DNA of 39,530 bases, from positions 1 through 39,530 of the IMG/VR virus record IMGVR_UViG_3300030116_002376, one strand, 5' to 3'. Positions 10,758 through 19,159 of the stretch are shown piece after piece. Every line of letters starts with the position of its first letter. Position 1 is the stretch's first letter. Both the position numbers and the translations under genes were made by a program. Under the pieces are notes generated by a model. That model had not been told where the DNA came from. It saw nothing but the letters and a program-made list of their open reading frames with translations, and did not search any database. Source of the stretch: a virus. Its lineage: Duplodnaviria > Caudoviricetes.

Positions 10758-11665
10758 TGGAACCTGATTCATATACCACGATAGAGGTAATCGAAGCACT
10801 GCAAAGTGTTGGCGTTGCACAAGAAGTTATAGAGTATGTTGTACCTATAGCAGCTTACGAATCAAGAGTTGATGGTATACCTTTTACTAGAGACGCAGAA
10901 GATAAATACTCTCCATCATTAGGTATATTTCAAGCTAACTTAAATTCAATGGCACCAGGTATATACAAAGCTATGAAAGAACTTGGTGTAGAAGTACCAG
11001 GAGTTACAAGTAAACAAGACAAAGTATTAGTAACAAACAACGCACAACCAGGTCAAGAAAATTTACTTAGATTTACAAGTGAACAAAAAGAATTTGTAGC
11101 TAACTGGTTTAAAACACAAGCAAATTTAAAAGACAATGCACTTGTTTTTAAATATATGCTTGAGCAAAAGTTAAAAGATGCAAACACAGATGATTTCAAA
11201 GAAGCTATGAAAGAGTTGTATGTTTTAACTATTGAAAAGTTTGAAGACCCAAACAATGAAGATGCACAACAACTAAAGCAAACGATAGAAAATGAAATGT
11301 TTATGACACCTCCGACAACAACGACTACAATACCTAGTACGGAAACAACAACAGTAGACAACGAGGAAGATGTGCCACAAGAAGCAATAGACCCGACAAA
11401 AAGAACTAGAAGAGAGATGGAGTTTAGAAATAGATACTCCGGTAATTCTAAGTATGTAGAACAAGTACCTTCAGGTACGTTTCAAAAATCTTATGACCAG
11501 TTAGTAGATTTAGTAGAAGCACAGATTAACAGCCAAAGAGCAGTTAATGGACTTCCTCCCATAAAAAGAGAACAAGCTGATGCACAGGTCTATATGTCCG
11601 GCTCAGATAGCTTTAGAAAAGCTATTGATGTATTAAGAGGCGTTAGAGATAACGATGACTCCTGA
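10757..11665 (+). CDS. Virion protein with N-terminal lytic transglycosylase (SLT/lysozyme-like) domain
   Basis: IAAYES (catalytic Glu-Ser) followed ~20 aa later by LGIFQ, the two SLT family motifs. Thr-rich linker to a C-terminal domain. Confidence 0.65.
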   Translation: MEPDSYTTIEVIEALQSVGVAQEVIEYVVPIAAYESRVDGIPFTRDAEDKYSPSLGIFQANLNSMAPGIYKAMKELGVEVPGVTSKQDKVLVTNNAQPGQENLLRFTSEQKEFVANWFKTQANLKDNALVFKYMLEQKLKDANTDDFKEAMKELYVLTIEKFEDPNNEDAQQLKQTIENEMFMTPPTTTTTIPSTETTTVDNEEDVPQEAIDPTKRTRREMEFRNRYSGNSKYVEQVPSGTFQKSYDQLVDLVEAQINSQRAVNGLPPIKREQADAQVYMSGSDSFRKAIDVLRGVRDNDDS

Positions 11666-12857
11666 AGAGATACTTGAAAAAATAGGTCTCAACGGAAAGA
11701 TACTTAAAAAATTTGCTCTAGGTAAATTACTTACTGATGCAAATTATACTCATGCTGATGTACTGCTTGATATAGAAAGATATCTTGCTTCTTTAGATGT
11801 GCCATTAGATTTGTCATACGACATACAAGAAGCTCTATTGTTTGAACTTAAAAGCATGGTTCCTGAATCTATGACATTTAAACAAATACTTAGAAAAAAA
11901 GATGATATTGGTTCTGAAATTGTTAGTTTGCAAAATAAATTTAATAACTTAGTAAAAGCACATTTAAGAATGCCATTAAGTATGGATACTGTAACTAAAC
12001 TTACAGAAGCAACAAATGATTTTGATGAAACATTTCGTGCAATGAAATCTACAAGAACACAAACTCAAGGTTTATCAGACACAGTACAAGCATTTGATGA
12101 TTTTCAAATGGGTATTTTTGATGAAAAGTTTAATAGTTTTGAAACATTGAAAGATTATATTGAAACAAATATAGGAAAACCACCACAATACGTTGACGAC
12201 ATTGTATTACCTGAAGGTTTTTCAAAGGGAGATATACCACCTCCTGGTATGTCTTTTATGGGAACAGATACACCACCAATAGAAAAATTAATTAAAGGAC
12301 CGTTTGATGACCTAATACAATTTACTGCAGCACAAGAACTAGGTAACTTAATTGACCCTGAGTTAGCTGCAAAGGCTGCAAAAGTTTTAGAATCAAGCAA
12401 AGAGATAGGAGAACAAATAGTTAATTCTGCTCAGAAGTTTGCAAAAGACGCTATAAGAGTTACAGGTAAAGCAGCAGGAGCATTAGACCCAGGAGACGTT
12501 GCAGTAAGAACTGCTGTTCCAAGATTGCTTGCAAGTTTAGGTATAGGTTCTATATCAGCACCTGCATTAACACTATATGCTATATACGAAGGTGCATTGT
12601 TACTTGCTGATGCAGTAGATGGAATAGAAGAAGCTGTTACAAACATGGATGATAATGAAAGTATTAAAGACTTTGGTAAAGATTTTTGGAAAGGATTTAC
12701 AGAAGATTCTTTATCAGAAAAGTATTCTATAAGTTATAAACTAACAGAACCAATACATAACCGTTTATTTGGTAATGTTTATGATACAATGGCTGAAACA
12801 CCAATGACCCCTGTAACTACAGGTGGTGGTGGAGGAAGTAGAGTTAGAATTTTATAA
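11655..12857 (+). CDS. Putative internal virion protein (400 aa)
   Basis: Overlap-coupled ORF. Hydrophobic Ala/Gly/Leu stretch in the C-terminal third. Confidence 0.6.
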   Translation: MTPEEILEKIGLNGKILKKFALGKLLTDANYTHADVLLDIERYLASLDVPLDLSYDIQEALLFELKSMVPESMTFKQILRKKDDIGSEIVSLQNKFNNLVKAHLRMPLSMDTVTKLTEATNDFDETFRAMKSTRTQTQGLSDTVQAFDDFQMGIFDEKFNSFETLKDYIETNIGKPPQYVDDIVLPEGFSKGDIPPPGMSFMGTDTPPIEKLIKGPFDDLIQFTAAQELGNLIDPELAAKAAKVLESSKEIGEQIVNSAQKFAKDAIRVTGKAAGALDPGDVAVRTAVPRLLASLGIGSISAPALTLYAIYEGALLLADAVDGIEEAVTNMDDNESIKDFGKDFWKGFTEDSLSEKYSISYKLTEPIHNRLFGNVYDTMAETPMTPVTTGGGGGSRVRIL

Positions 12858-13069
12858 TGGAAGCAAAAGTTAATTTAAGTCAAATATTACAAGGTGGTTT
12901 AGCTGCTTTAGTTGGTTGGCTATTTAAAACTGTAAATGATTTACAACAAGAAGTAGCAACTCTTAAAGCACAAGTTCAAGCCTATCAAGAATCTATTGCA
13001 GGATTTAATCAAAATTTAATAGTTATTGAAGAAGTTATTAGAGAAATATTATTTAAGGTAGGTGGATAA
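12857..13069 (+). CDS. Small membrane-anchored coiled-coil protein (70 aa)
   Basis: N-terminal hydrophobic ILQGGLAALVGWLF followed by a heptad pattern. TAATG coupling on both sides. Confidence 0.7.
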   Translation: MEAKVNLSQILQGGLAALVGWLFKTVNDLQQEVATLKAQVQAYQESIAGFNQNLIVIEEVIREILFKVGG

Positions 13070-14856
13070 TGGCAAACGAACAAGAAAGAAGACTGTTAAG
13101 AGATTTAATTGATGGTCGTATTGATAAAGATACCTATGAGCGAGAAGTAGCTAAGATAAGACAAGCAGAAGTTTTAGAAGAAACATCAAAGTCTAATATA
13201 AAATACACAGTTCCAGGTGGTGGACCATTAACACTTGAAGCTATTGAGCAAGAGCAAAGAGATGCTTTAAAAAAAAGTATTGAACAAACTGGAAACATAG
13301 ATATTTCCGTAGCTAGAGCTGCCCAAGCAACTGCAGAACAAAAAAGAAATTATTTGTTAAGTGATGAATATTTAGAAGATATTGAAAAAGATAAAATAGA
13401 TGCAATTAAAGAAGAAACTATAGCTACAGAAGGAGCACCAAATATAGATGTTTTAGAAGCTATAAGAAATACTGCTGAACTTACAAAATCAAAAATTACA
13501 GAAGCACAAAATACATTAAAAGAAAGAGAAGAAAATTTATCTGCTGATAATACAACAATTGCATCTGACAATATTTTTGAAGATGATGATTTAACAGACG
13601 ATGATGAAGATGATGATTTAACAGACGATGATGATGATGAAGGTAAAGAAGAAACAGTAGTAGTAGAAGATGACCCATTGTTTGGTAGATTAGGTGGACA
13701 AATATGGAATGTTGGTGGACAGAAATACATAGCATTTGATATACCTAACACAGGTTTATCAATGGCATATACAGCTACAGAAGAACAAATAGATAACTTT
13801 TTTACTGTAGATAAACCACAAGAACAAGTTATAGATGCAGAATCAGACAAATGGAGTAAGTCATTTCAAGCAGGAAACATAGTTGAAGTAGATGTTGTAA
13901 ATATGGAAGCATCAGGTACTGGTGGTTTTTTTGAACAAATAGCTTCTAACTTTGACAAAGTAAAAGCTGTAAGACCATGGATGGAAGATGACGAAATGTA
14001 TTCACTATGGTTAGAAAGTATTGTTGAAAATAGAGACATTGAAGATTATGAATGGGAAGGAACAAACTGGTGGCAAACACATAGTCAAGAAGAAAGAAAC
14101 TGGTTACTACTATCACAAGACAAGGATTTATCTAAACTTCCTGCAGATGCAGAAGCTCTACTAAAAAATAATCATATAAAAGCTAGAGAAACTTTAAGAC
14201 AAAACGGTGTAACTAATCCTGACCAAGTAACTTTTGAAGGAGAGACTTTAACAGAATGGTTTGGAAATAAATTAACAACAGGTACTTGGACTGAATTGCA
14301 ATGGTTTAATCAAGCAAAAGCATTAGGAGACCCTATGTCAGGTATTGCAAGAGAAGAAGCATTAACTTCTTGGTTAGAAGGTTCTGCAGCACAACCTACT
14401 GCAACACAAGCAGGAGTAGCAACAGCAAGAGCTTTGACATTAGAATATTTAGGACCTTTGTATGGAGAGTTTGAAGATGTTTCAAAGTATGCAGGTATGA
14501 TTCGTAATGCAGAAAGTGAAGAAGTAGGAAAACAAATGGTTATTGACGATTTAAAAAATATTAGAAAAGTATTATTTAGCACAGATATTTATGATGAAAA
14601 TTTAACTTACGAACAAATAGCTCAACCTTGGAGAAACTTTTCATTTCAGTTATTAGGAGGAAGAGTTGATGAAACAAGTACAGATTGGATAGATGTTTTG
14701 AATGCAAATAATCAAGAAGAAGCAACAAAAATATTAACAACTGTTGGATTGAATGACGGTAATAAAAATGTTATGGATAAAGTTACAGATGAAATTGGTA
14801 CATTTTTAGGACTTAGTCCACAATCAAGAGGTGTTGTGAGAGGACAACCTACATAA
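13069..14856 (+). CDS. Putative virion protein with Asp-rich linker (595 aa)
   Basis: Long coupled ORF with a poly-Asp linker and a Trp-rich central domain (TNWWQTHS). Confidence 0.65.
   Translation: MANEQERRLLRDLIDGRIDKDTYEREVAKIRQAEVLEETSKSNIKYTVPGGGPLTLEAIEQEQRDALKKSIEQTGNIDISVARAAQATAEQKRNYLLSDEYLEDIEKDKIDAIKEETIATEGAPNIDVLEAIRNTAELTKSKITEAQNTLKEREENLSADNTTIASDNIFEDDDLTDDDEDDDLTDDDDDEGKEETVVVEDDPLFGRLGGQIWNVGGQKYIAFDIPNTGLSMAYTATEEQIDNFFTVDKPQEQVIDAESDKWSKSFQAGNIVEVDVVNMEASGTGGFFEQIASNFDKVKAVRPWMEDDEMYSLWLESIVENRDIEDYEWEGTNWWQTHSQEERNWLLLSQDKDLSKLPADAEALLKNNHIKARETLRQNGVTNPDQVTFEGETLTEWFGNKLTTGTWTELQWFNQAKALGDPMSGIAREEALTSWLEGSAAQPTATQAGVATARALTLEYLGPLYGEFEDVSKYAGMIRNAESEEVGKQMVIDDLKNIRKVLFSTDIYDENLTYEQIAQPWRNFSFQLLGGRVDETSTDWIDVLNANNQEEATKILTTVGLNDGNKNVMDKVTDEIGTFLGLSPQSRGVVRGQPT
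13578..13631 (+). repeat. Perfect 27-bp tandem duplication encoding EDDDLTDDD twice
   Basis: tgaagatgatgatttaacagacgatga at 13578-13604 and 13605-13631. Confidence 0.95.
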
Positions 14857-15716
14857 TGGCAGTATTAAGTACATCAGCAAGAGCAGCTATAATATCAGAA
14901 GCTAAGTCTAATTTTGGTCCAAACTTTCCTGACAATCTTTTATCTATTTTTATAGATGCTTACATAGACAGTGGTAATGATGCAAATGAAGCAGGTAACA
15001 TAATGAGGCAAAGCACAGAGTATGCAGATGCTTTCCCAGGCAATTTAAACCCTGATGGTGTCACTGTTAAATATACTGAAAATGAATATCTACAAATTGT
15101 AGATTCATTTAAAAGAAAAATAGAAAGTTTAGGAGTTAATGCAGATTTGATTGTTACTAATGACAGAATAAAAACATTAATAGAAAACGTAGTATCTCCT
15201 AAAGAGTTTGGAGAAAGAGTACAAAATGTATATCAAAATGTTTTAACTGCATTGCCACAAGTAAAAGAATATTATCAATTAAATTTTGGACAAGAGTTGA
15301 CTGACGCAGAAATAATTGCTAGTGCAATAGACCCTAACATAAGTCAACAATTAGCAAGTGGTGCAATAGATGCAAATGCAGTGATATCACAAAATATTGT
15401 ACGTGGACAAATTGGTGGTCTTGCAGCAGCAGAAGGAATATCGCTTACATTAGAACAAACTGAATCTTTAAGACAACAAGGAGTTACTCCAGGAAGAGCA
15501 AGAGAAACATTTAGACAAGCTACACAAATACAAAGTCTTGCAGAGCAACAAGGAAGAACAACAGAAGTTGTAGATATTGTAAGTGGTCTTGGTGGGGATA
15601 CAGCAGAACAAAAAAGAATAGAAAGAATACTTGCACAACAAGCAGGTTTGTCATCAGCACAAACTGGAGCAGTCAGAACGCAAACAGGACAATACGTAGG
15701 TTTAGAAGAAATATAA
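14856..15716 (+). CDS. Putative virion protein (286 aa)
   Basis: TAATG-coupled, Gln/Ala/Gly-rich C-terminal half as seen in ejected proteins. Confidence 0.6.
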   Translation: MAVLSTSARAAIISEAKSNFGPNFPDNLLSIFIDAYIDSGNDANEAGNIMRQSTEYADAFPGNLNPDGVTVKYTENEYLQIVDSFKRKIESLGVNADLIVTNDRIKTLIENVVSPKEFGERVQNVYQNVLTALPQVKEYYQLNFGQELTDAEIIASAIDPNISQQLASGAIDANAVISQNIVRGQIGGLAAAEGISLTLEQTESLRQQGVTPGRARETFRQATQIQSLAEQQGRTTEVVDIVSGLGGDTAEQKRIERILAQQAGLSSAQTGAVRTQTGQYVGLEEI

Positions 15717-15737
15717 ATCTAAAGTATACATTTAGAT
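15717..15737. other. AT-rich inverted repeat ATCTAAA-N7-TTTAGAT (operator or weak terminator)
   Basis: Perfect 7-bp arms immediately after the 15716 stop and overlapping the -35 region of the next promoter. Confidence 0.45.
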
Positions 15738-15742
15738 ATTTA

Positions 15743-15751
15743 TGATATAAT
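15743..15751 (+). promoter_or_regulatory. Extended -10 promoter TGATATAAT for scaffold/capsid
   Basis: Perfect TGnTATAAT in an intergenic gap. The same 11-mer TATGATATAAT recurs in another gap at 27911-27921. Confidence 0.7.
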
Positions 15752-15757
15752 AATTTT

Positions 15758-15914
15758 GACACTGTACTGAGGTCCGGTGGTTAAACTTGACCTAGAACGA
15801 ATACGGTCTTGATGCCTACTAACAAGACCTGCCAAATAAAAAAAGTAGTGTAAAAAATAGGCAGAGGATACCTGATGACCTCTTGTAAAAAAACATTAGA
15901 GAAACGGACAAGTG
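15758..15914 (+). ncRNA. Candidate structured 5' leader of the scaffold-capsid transcript
   Basis: Stems GGTCTTG/CAAGACC, CTGCC/GGCAG, AGAGG/CCTCT, GGTC/GACC and long-range GTCCG/CGGAC in the longest non-coding gap of the + strand. Confidence 0.5.
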
Positions 15915-16382
15915 AATATGACAGAAGAACAAGAGTTAGACTCTTCTGAAGCAAGCGAAGACAAAAACTGGAAAGCAATGAGAGAAGAAAATAAAGCTCT
16001 CAAAGAAAAGCTAGAAGTTTTTGAAGAACAGGCAAAAGTAACTGTGTTTAAAGATGCAGGACTTGATACAACACAAGGTATCGGTAAAGCAATAAGCCAG
16101 GTTTATAAGGGAGACTTAAATGTCGAAGCTATAAAAACTTTTGCAGCAGAGGAATACGGAGTCACTACAGAGACTGATGTTGGGCAACAAGACGGTATTC
16201 GTGAGGAGATTCAAGATAGCCAAACAAGGTTAAGCAACATAACTAAGAACTCAGTAGTTGATAGCTTTAACGCAGATGATTTAATTGAAGCAGTAAAAAA
16301 ATCAGAAGCAGAGGGCAATGTCAGAAACTCTATGCGTCTAAAACTTGCAGCTATAGAAGAAGCAAAAAAGAACGACAAATAG
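15912..16382 (+). CDS. Capsid scaffolding protein (start GTG 15912 or ATG 15918)
   Basis: Acidic, charged, coiled-coil, immediately upstream of the major capsid gene. Confidence 0.75.
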   Translation: MNMTEEQELDSSEASEDKNWKAMREENKALKEKLEVFEEQAKVTVFKDAGLDTTQGIGKAISQVYKGDLNVEAIKTFAAEEYGVTTETDVGQQDGIREEIQDSQTRLSNITKNSVVDSFNADDLIEAVKKSEAEGNVRNSMRLKLAAIEEAKKNDK

Positions 16383-16438
16383 TAGCTTTTACTTCTTCTA
16401 AAAAAACAATTAGACAATTTATATAGGAGAAGAAAAAA

Positions 16439-17557
16439 ATGGCAGACATATCGTTAACTAATAATACGATTTATGCACAAAACATTAATAACTTTACTGG
16501 TGAATTGTTTAAAGTTGGTGGTCAAAGAACACCTTTATTGTCAGCAGTTGGTGGTTTGAACGGTGGTAAGACATTAAACTCTACATTTTGGCAAGTCCAA
16601 GTAGAAGATAATGCAACCATTTCTTCAGAACCAACAAAAGGACAAGAAGGTGCTGCACCTACAGAATATTTAGGAAGAGACAGAGCTGCATATACTTATG
16701 TAACTCAAATTTTCCATAAAGGTGTACAAATGACTTATACAGCTTTAGCATCTACCGGAAATCAAAATCCTTTTGATTTGTCAGCTAATATTGCTAACGC
16801 CTCCGATGGAGACGGAACAGTAACAGCAGGCGATAAATTAGGATTATTTGGTGGTAGTCCAGTAAATGATGAATTTGCATTGCAGCTTGAAAAAGCAATG
16901 GAAAAAGTAGCAAGAGAAGTTGAGTGGTTTGCATTCAATGGTTCTTTCTCAGATGGTGCTAACACAACACCTGGGTCAGGAACTAGAGAAATGTATGGTA
17001 TTGATGTATGGATTACATTAAACAAAAACGCAAGCAACGCAGCAGCCGTAAACCCATTGGGTGGTAACTGCTACTACAACGACACAGACGGAGACGGTAC
17101 TGGTTCAACACAAGTTATCTCATTCGCAACTATTTCAGGTGCGTTAAAGAGAATGTATGACAACCATGCACCAATGAGTCAACCTGTATTGTGCGTTAGT
17201 CCAAAACAATTACTAGACCTTAACAACGAACTTGTTAAAGGTACAGTTGATATAGCAGGAGCAATCATTCCTAGAGATAGAAATGTTGCAGGTGTTGATA
17301 TTGATACAGTCGTTACACCATTTGGTTCAATAGGACTAATGGTTATCGACCCTGATATCATGCCTGATAATACTGCTTTTATCTTGGACTTAGCTTACAT
17401 TCAACCAGTGTTCACAAATATCCCTGGATATGGAACAGTGTTTGTTCGTGACTTAGACCAAGATGCAAACGCTAGAATTGGAAAAGCAATTTATATGGAG
17501 ATGGGATTCGAGTTCGGACCTCCTTCATATCACTGCAAAATTCAAGCAGTTTCATAA
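16439..17557 (+). CDS. Major capsid protein (HK97 fold, SU10-MCP/DUF5309-like)
   Basis: RTPLLS, EG...TQIFHKGVQMT, REVEW...G, REMYGI and TPFG motifs. Strong AGGAG SD, followed by a terminator. Confidence 0.88.
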   Translation: MADISLTNNTIYAQNINNFTGELFKVGGQRTPLLSAVGGLNGGKTLNSTFWQVQVEDNATISSEPTKGQEGAAPTEYLGRDRAAYTYVTQIFHKGVQMTYTALASTGNQNPFDLSANIANASDGDGTVTAGDKLGLFGGSPVNDEFALQLEKAMEKVAREVEWFAFNGSFSDGANTTPGSGTREMYGIDVWITLNKNASNAAAVNPLGGNCYYNDTDGDGTGSTQVISFATISGALKRMYDNHAPMSQPVLCVSPKQLLDLNNELVKGTVDIAGAIIPRDRNVAGVDIDTVVTPFGSIGLMVIDPDIMPDNTAFILDLAYIQPVFTNIPGYGTVFVRDLDQDANARIGKAIYMEMGFEFGPPSYHCKIQAVS

Positions 17558-17566
17558 ATTAAAATT

Positions 17567-17604
17567 GAAGATTAGGGTGGAACTCCACCTCCACCCTTTT
17601 CTTC
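17567..17604 (+). terminator. Intrinsic terminator after the major capsid gene
   Basis: AGGGTGGA-N8-TCCACCCT stem followed by TTTCTT. Confidence 0.75.
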
Positions 17605-17613
17605 TGCTATAGT
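17605..17613 (+). promoter_or_regulatory. Extended -10 TGCTATAGT
   Basis: TGnTAnnnT directly after the terminator, 9 nt before ATG 17623. Confidence 0.45.
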
Positions 17614-17622
17614 AAGGAAAGT

Positions 17623-17955
17623 ATGATTAAGTCAAAAACAGCTTTAATAGATGTATCAGCAGACAACAACAATTCTTTAGGTGTTGCTACAGATGGAATG
17701 CTACTTTGTGGTATTCAATTTCCTGCAGCTATGACCGGTACAAGTGTTACATTTGATTTTTCAATGGACAACAGCACATTTGTTGACGTAAAAGAAACAG
17801 ACGGAACAGACGTAACTTACACAATATCTGTAGGAGATATGGTAAGAGTTGACCCTTCAGGATGGGCATTTGCTAGCAATGGTTACGTTAGGGTAACTTC
17901 AAATGGTAGCGAAGCTGCAGACAGAAAAATAATATTACACTTTAGACACAGTTAG
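17623..17955 (+). CDS. Small beta-rich virion protein (possible head decoration)
   Basis: 110 aa with a beta-strand pattern, directly after the capsid gene. Confidence 0.6.
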   Translation: MIKSKTALIDVSADNNNSLGVATDGMLLCGIQFPAAMTGTSVTFDFSMDNSTFVDVKETDGTDVTYTISVGDMVRVDPSGWAFASNGYVRVTSNGSEAADRKIILHFRHS

Positions 17956-17963
17956 GAGCAACC

Positions 17964-18149
17964 ATGGGTATGCTCTTAATGCTCAAAGAAGGTAAAAACG
18001 AAATTAGAATCGATATTGATTCTAAAGGTACTGACGAAATAGAATCTTCAGTTTCATTGTTTGAAGATGAAGCAGCGAAAAGTGGCGAGTTTACTATGGC
18101 TACTTTTGGTATATCAGCTTACGCAAAAGAAATAGAGAGGACTGCTTAA
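17964..18149 (+). CDS. Hypothetical protein (61 aa)
   Basis: AGGAG SD, TAATG coupling to the next gene. Confidence 0.7.
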   Translation: MGMLLMLKEGKNEIRIDIDSKGTDEIESSVSLFEDEAAKSGEFTMATFGISAYAKEIERTA

Positions 18150-19159
18150 TGAGTTCAACAGTAAGAGATTTAGTAGATAGAACATTTAGAGAGTATTTAG
18201 AACCTGCTGATGAACTTAATTCTTATACAGCAGTTGCATCAACGTTAAGTTCTTCTGCAACAACATTATCATTTGACCCTGACCTTCTTACACAAGAAGA
18301 AGAAGATGTTATGGATGCAGGAACAATATTAGAAATAGACCAAGAACTTTTATATTGTACTGGATTAGATACTGTAAATAACTTTGTTACAGTAGTTAGA
18401 GGTGTGAGGGGAACAACAGCAGACTCACACGATGTGGGAGCTATTGTTAAAATTGCACCTGCTTTTACAAGATTAGCTGTATTTGAAGCTGTTAAAGACC
18501 AAATAAATAATTTGTTTCCAACATTATTTGCAACAGAAACAAAAGAACTATCATCTTCTACAGGTTATACATTAATTGGTTCATACGATAGTCCAGGAGA
18601 TGCAAACTATCTTGTATCAATACTGAGTGCTATATCTCAATATACAGATTTTGCTTCAGGTAGTGACACTACAGGAGTTAGCTTTTTACCAGTAACTTGT
18701 TCTTTAGTAGAACTTCCAAATCCTTTTACATATACAGATTCTGATGGAGTTTCCAGGACTATAACATATTCATCAGGACCTAATGTTGTTCATGCTGTAC
18801 AATTTTCAGGTATAGCTCAAGGACAAACAGCTTATGTAACATTTAAAAAAAAGTTTATTGAGCCTACTGCAGAATCAACTTCACTGTCTTCAGTAGGTTT
18901 AGAACCTGAATATGAACCTATAATTATGGCAGGTGTTGCTGCACAATTAATGTCAGGTAGAGATATACCATCTGCAACAACAAAATTTATAACAGAACAA
19001 ATGGCAATACAAGGTTATCCTGTTGGTTCAAGTAATAGTATTAGAAATTCTTTATTGCAATATCAACAGTTGCTTATAAATCAAGCAAGAAAATATCTCA
19101 GAGCTAAATATCCTGAATCAGTATCTGTTGATGGTTTGGTTTATGGAATACAGGCATAA
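18149..19159 (+). CDS. Head-tail adaptor / tail tubular A-like protein
   Basis: Helical termini around a beta core, IDQELL...TVVRGVRGTTA..H insert, position before the nozzle-like gene. Confidence 0.6.
   Translation: MSSTVRDLVDRTFREYLEPADELNSYTAVASTLSSSATTLSFDPDLLTQEEEDVMDAGTILEIDQELLYCTGLDTVNNFVTVVRGVRGTTADSHDVGAIVKIAPAFTRLAVFEAVKDQINNLFPTLFATETKELSSSTGYTLIGSYDSPGDANYLVSILSAISQYTDFASGSDTTGVSFLPVTCSLVELPNPFTYTDSDGVSRTITYSSGPNVVHAVQFSGIAQGQTAYVTFKKKFIEPTAESTSLSSVGLEPEYEPIIMAGVAAQLMSGRDIPSATTKFITEQMAIQGYPVGSSNSIRNSLLQYQQLLINQARKYLRAKYPESVSVDGLVYGIQA

Noticed and set aside
15871-15910. CTGATGA...GAAAC resembling a hammerhead ribozyme core
   Set aside because: Stem II would have to close with a C-A mismatch, no partner for stem I (GTATCC) is nearby, and no correctly placed NUH cleavage triplet was found. 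Kept only as part of the structured leader.
17530-17625. Programmed frameshift extending the major capsid protein
   Set aside because: No convincing slippery heptamer before the stop, and a terminator hairpin follows directly.
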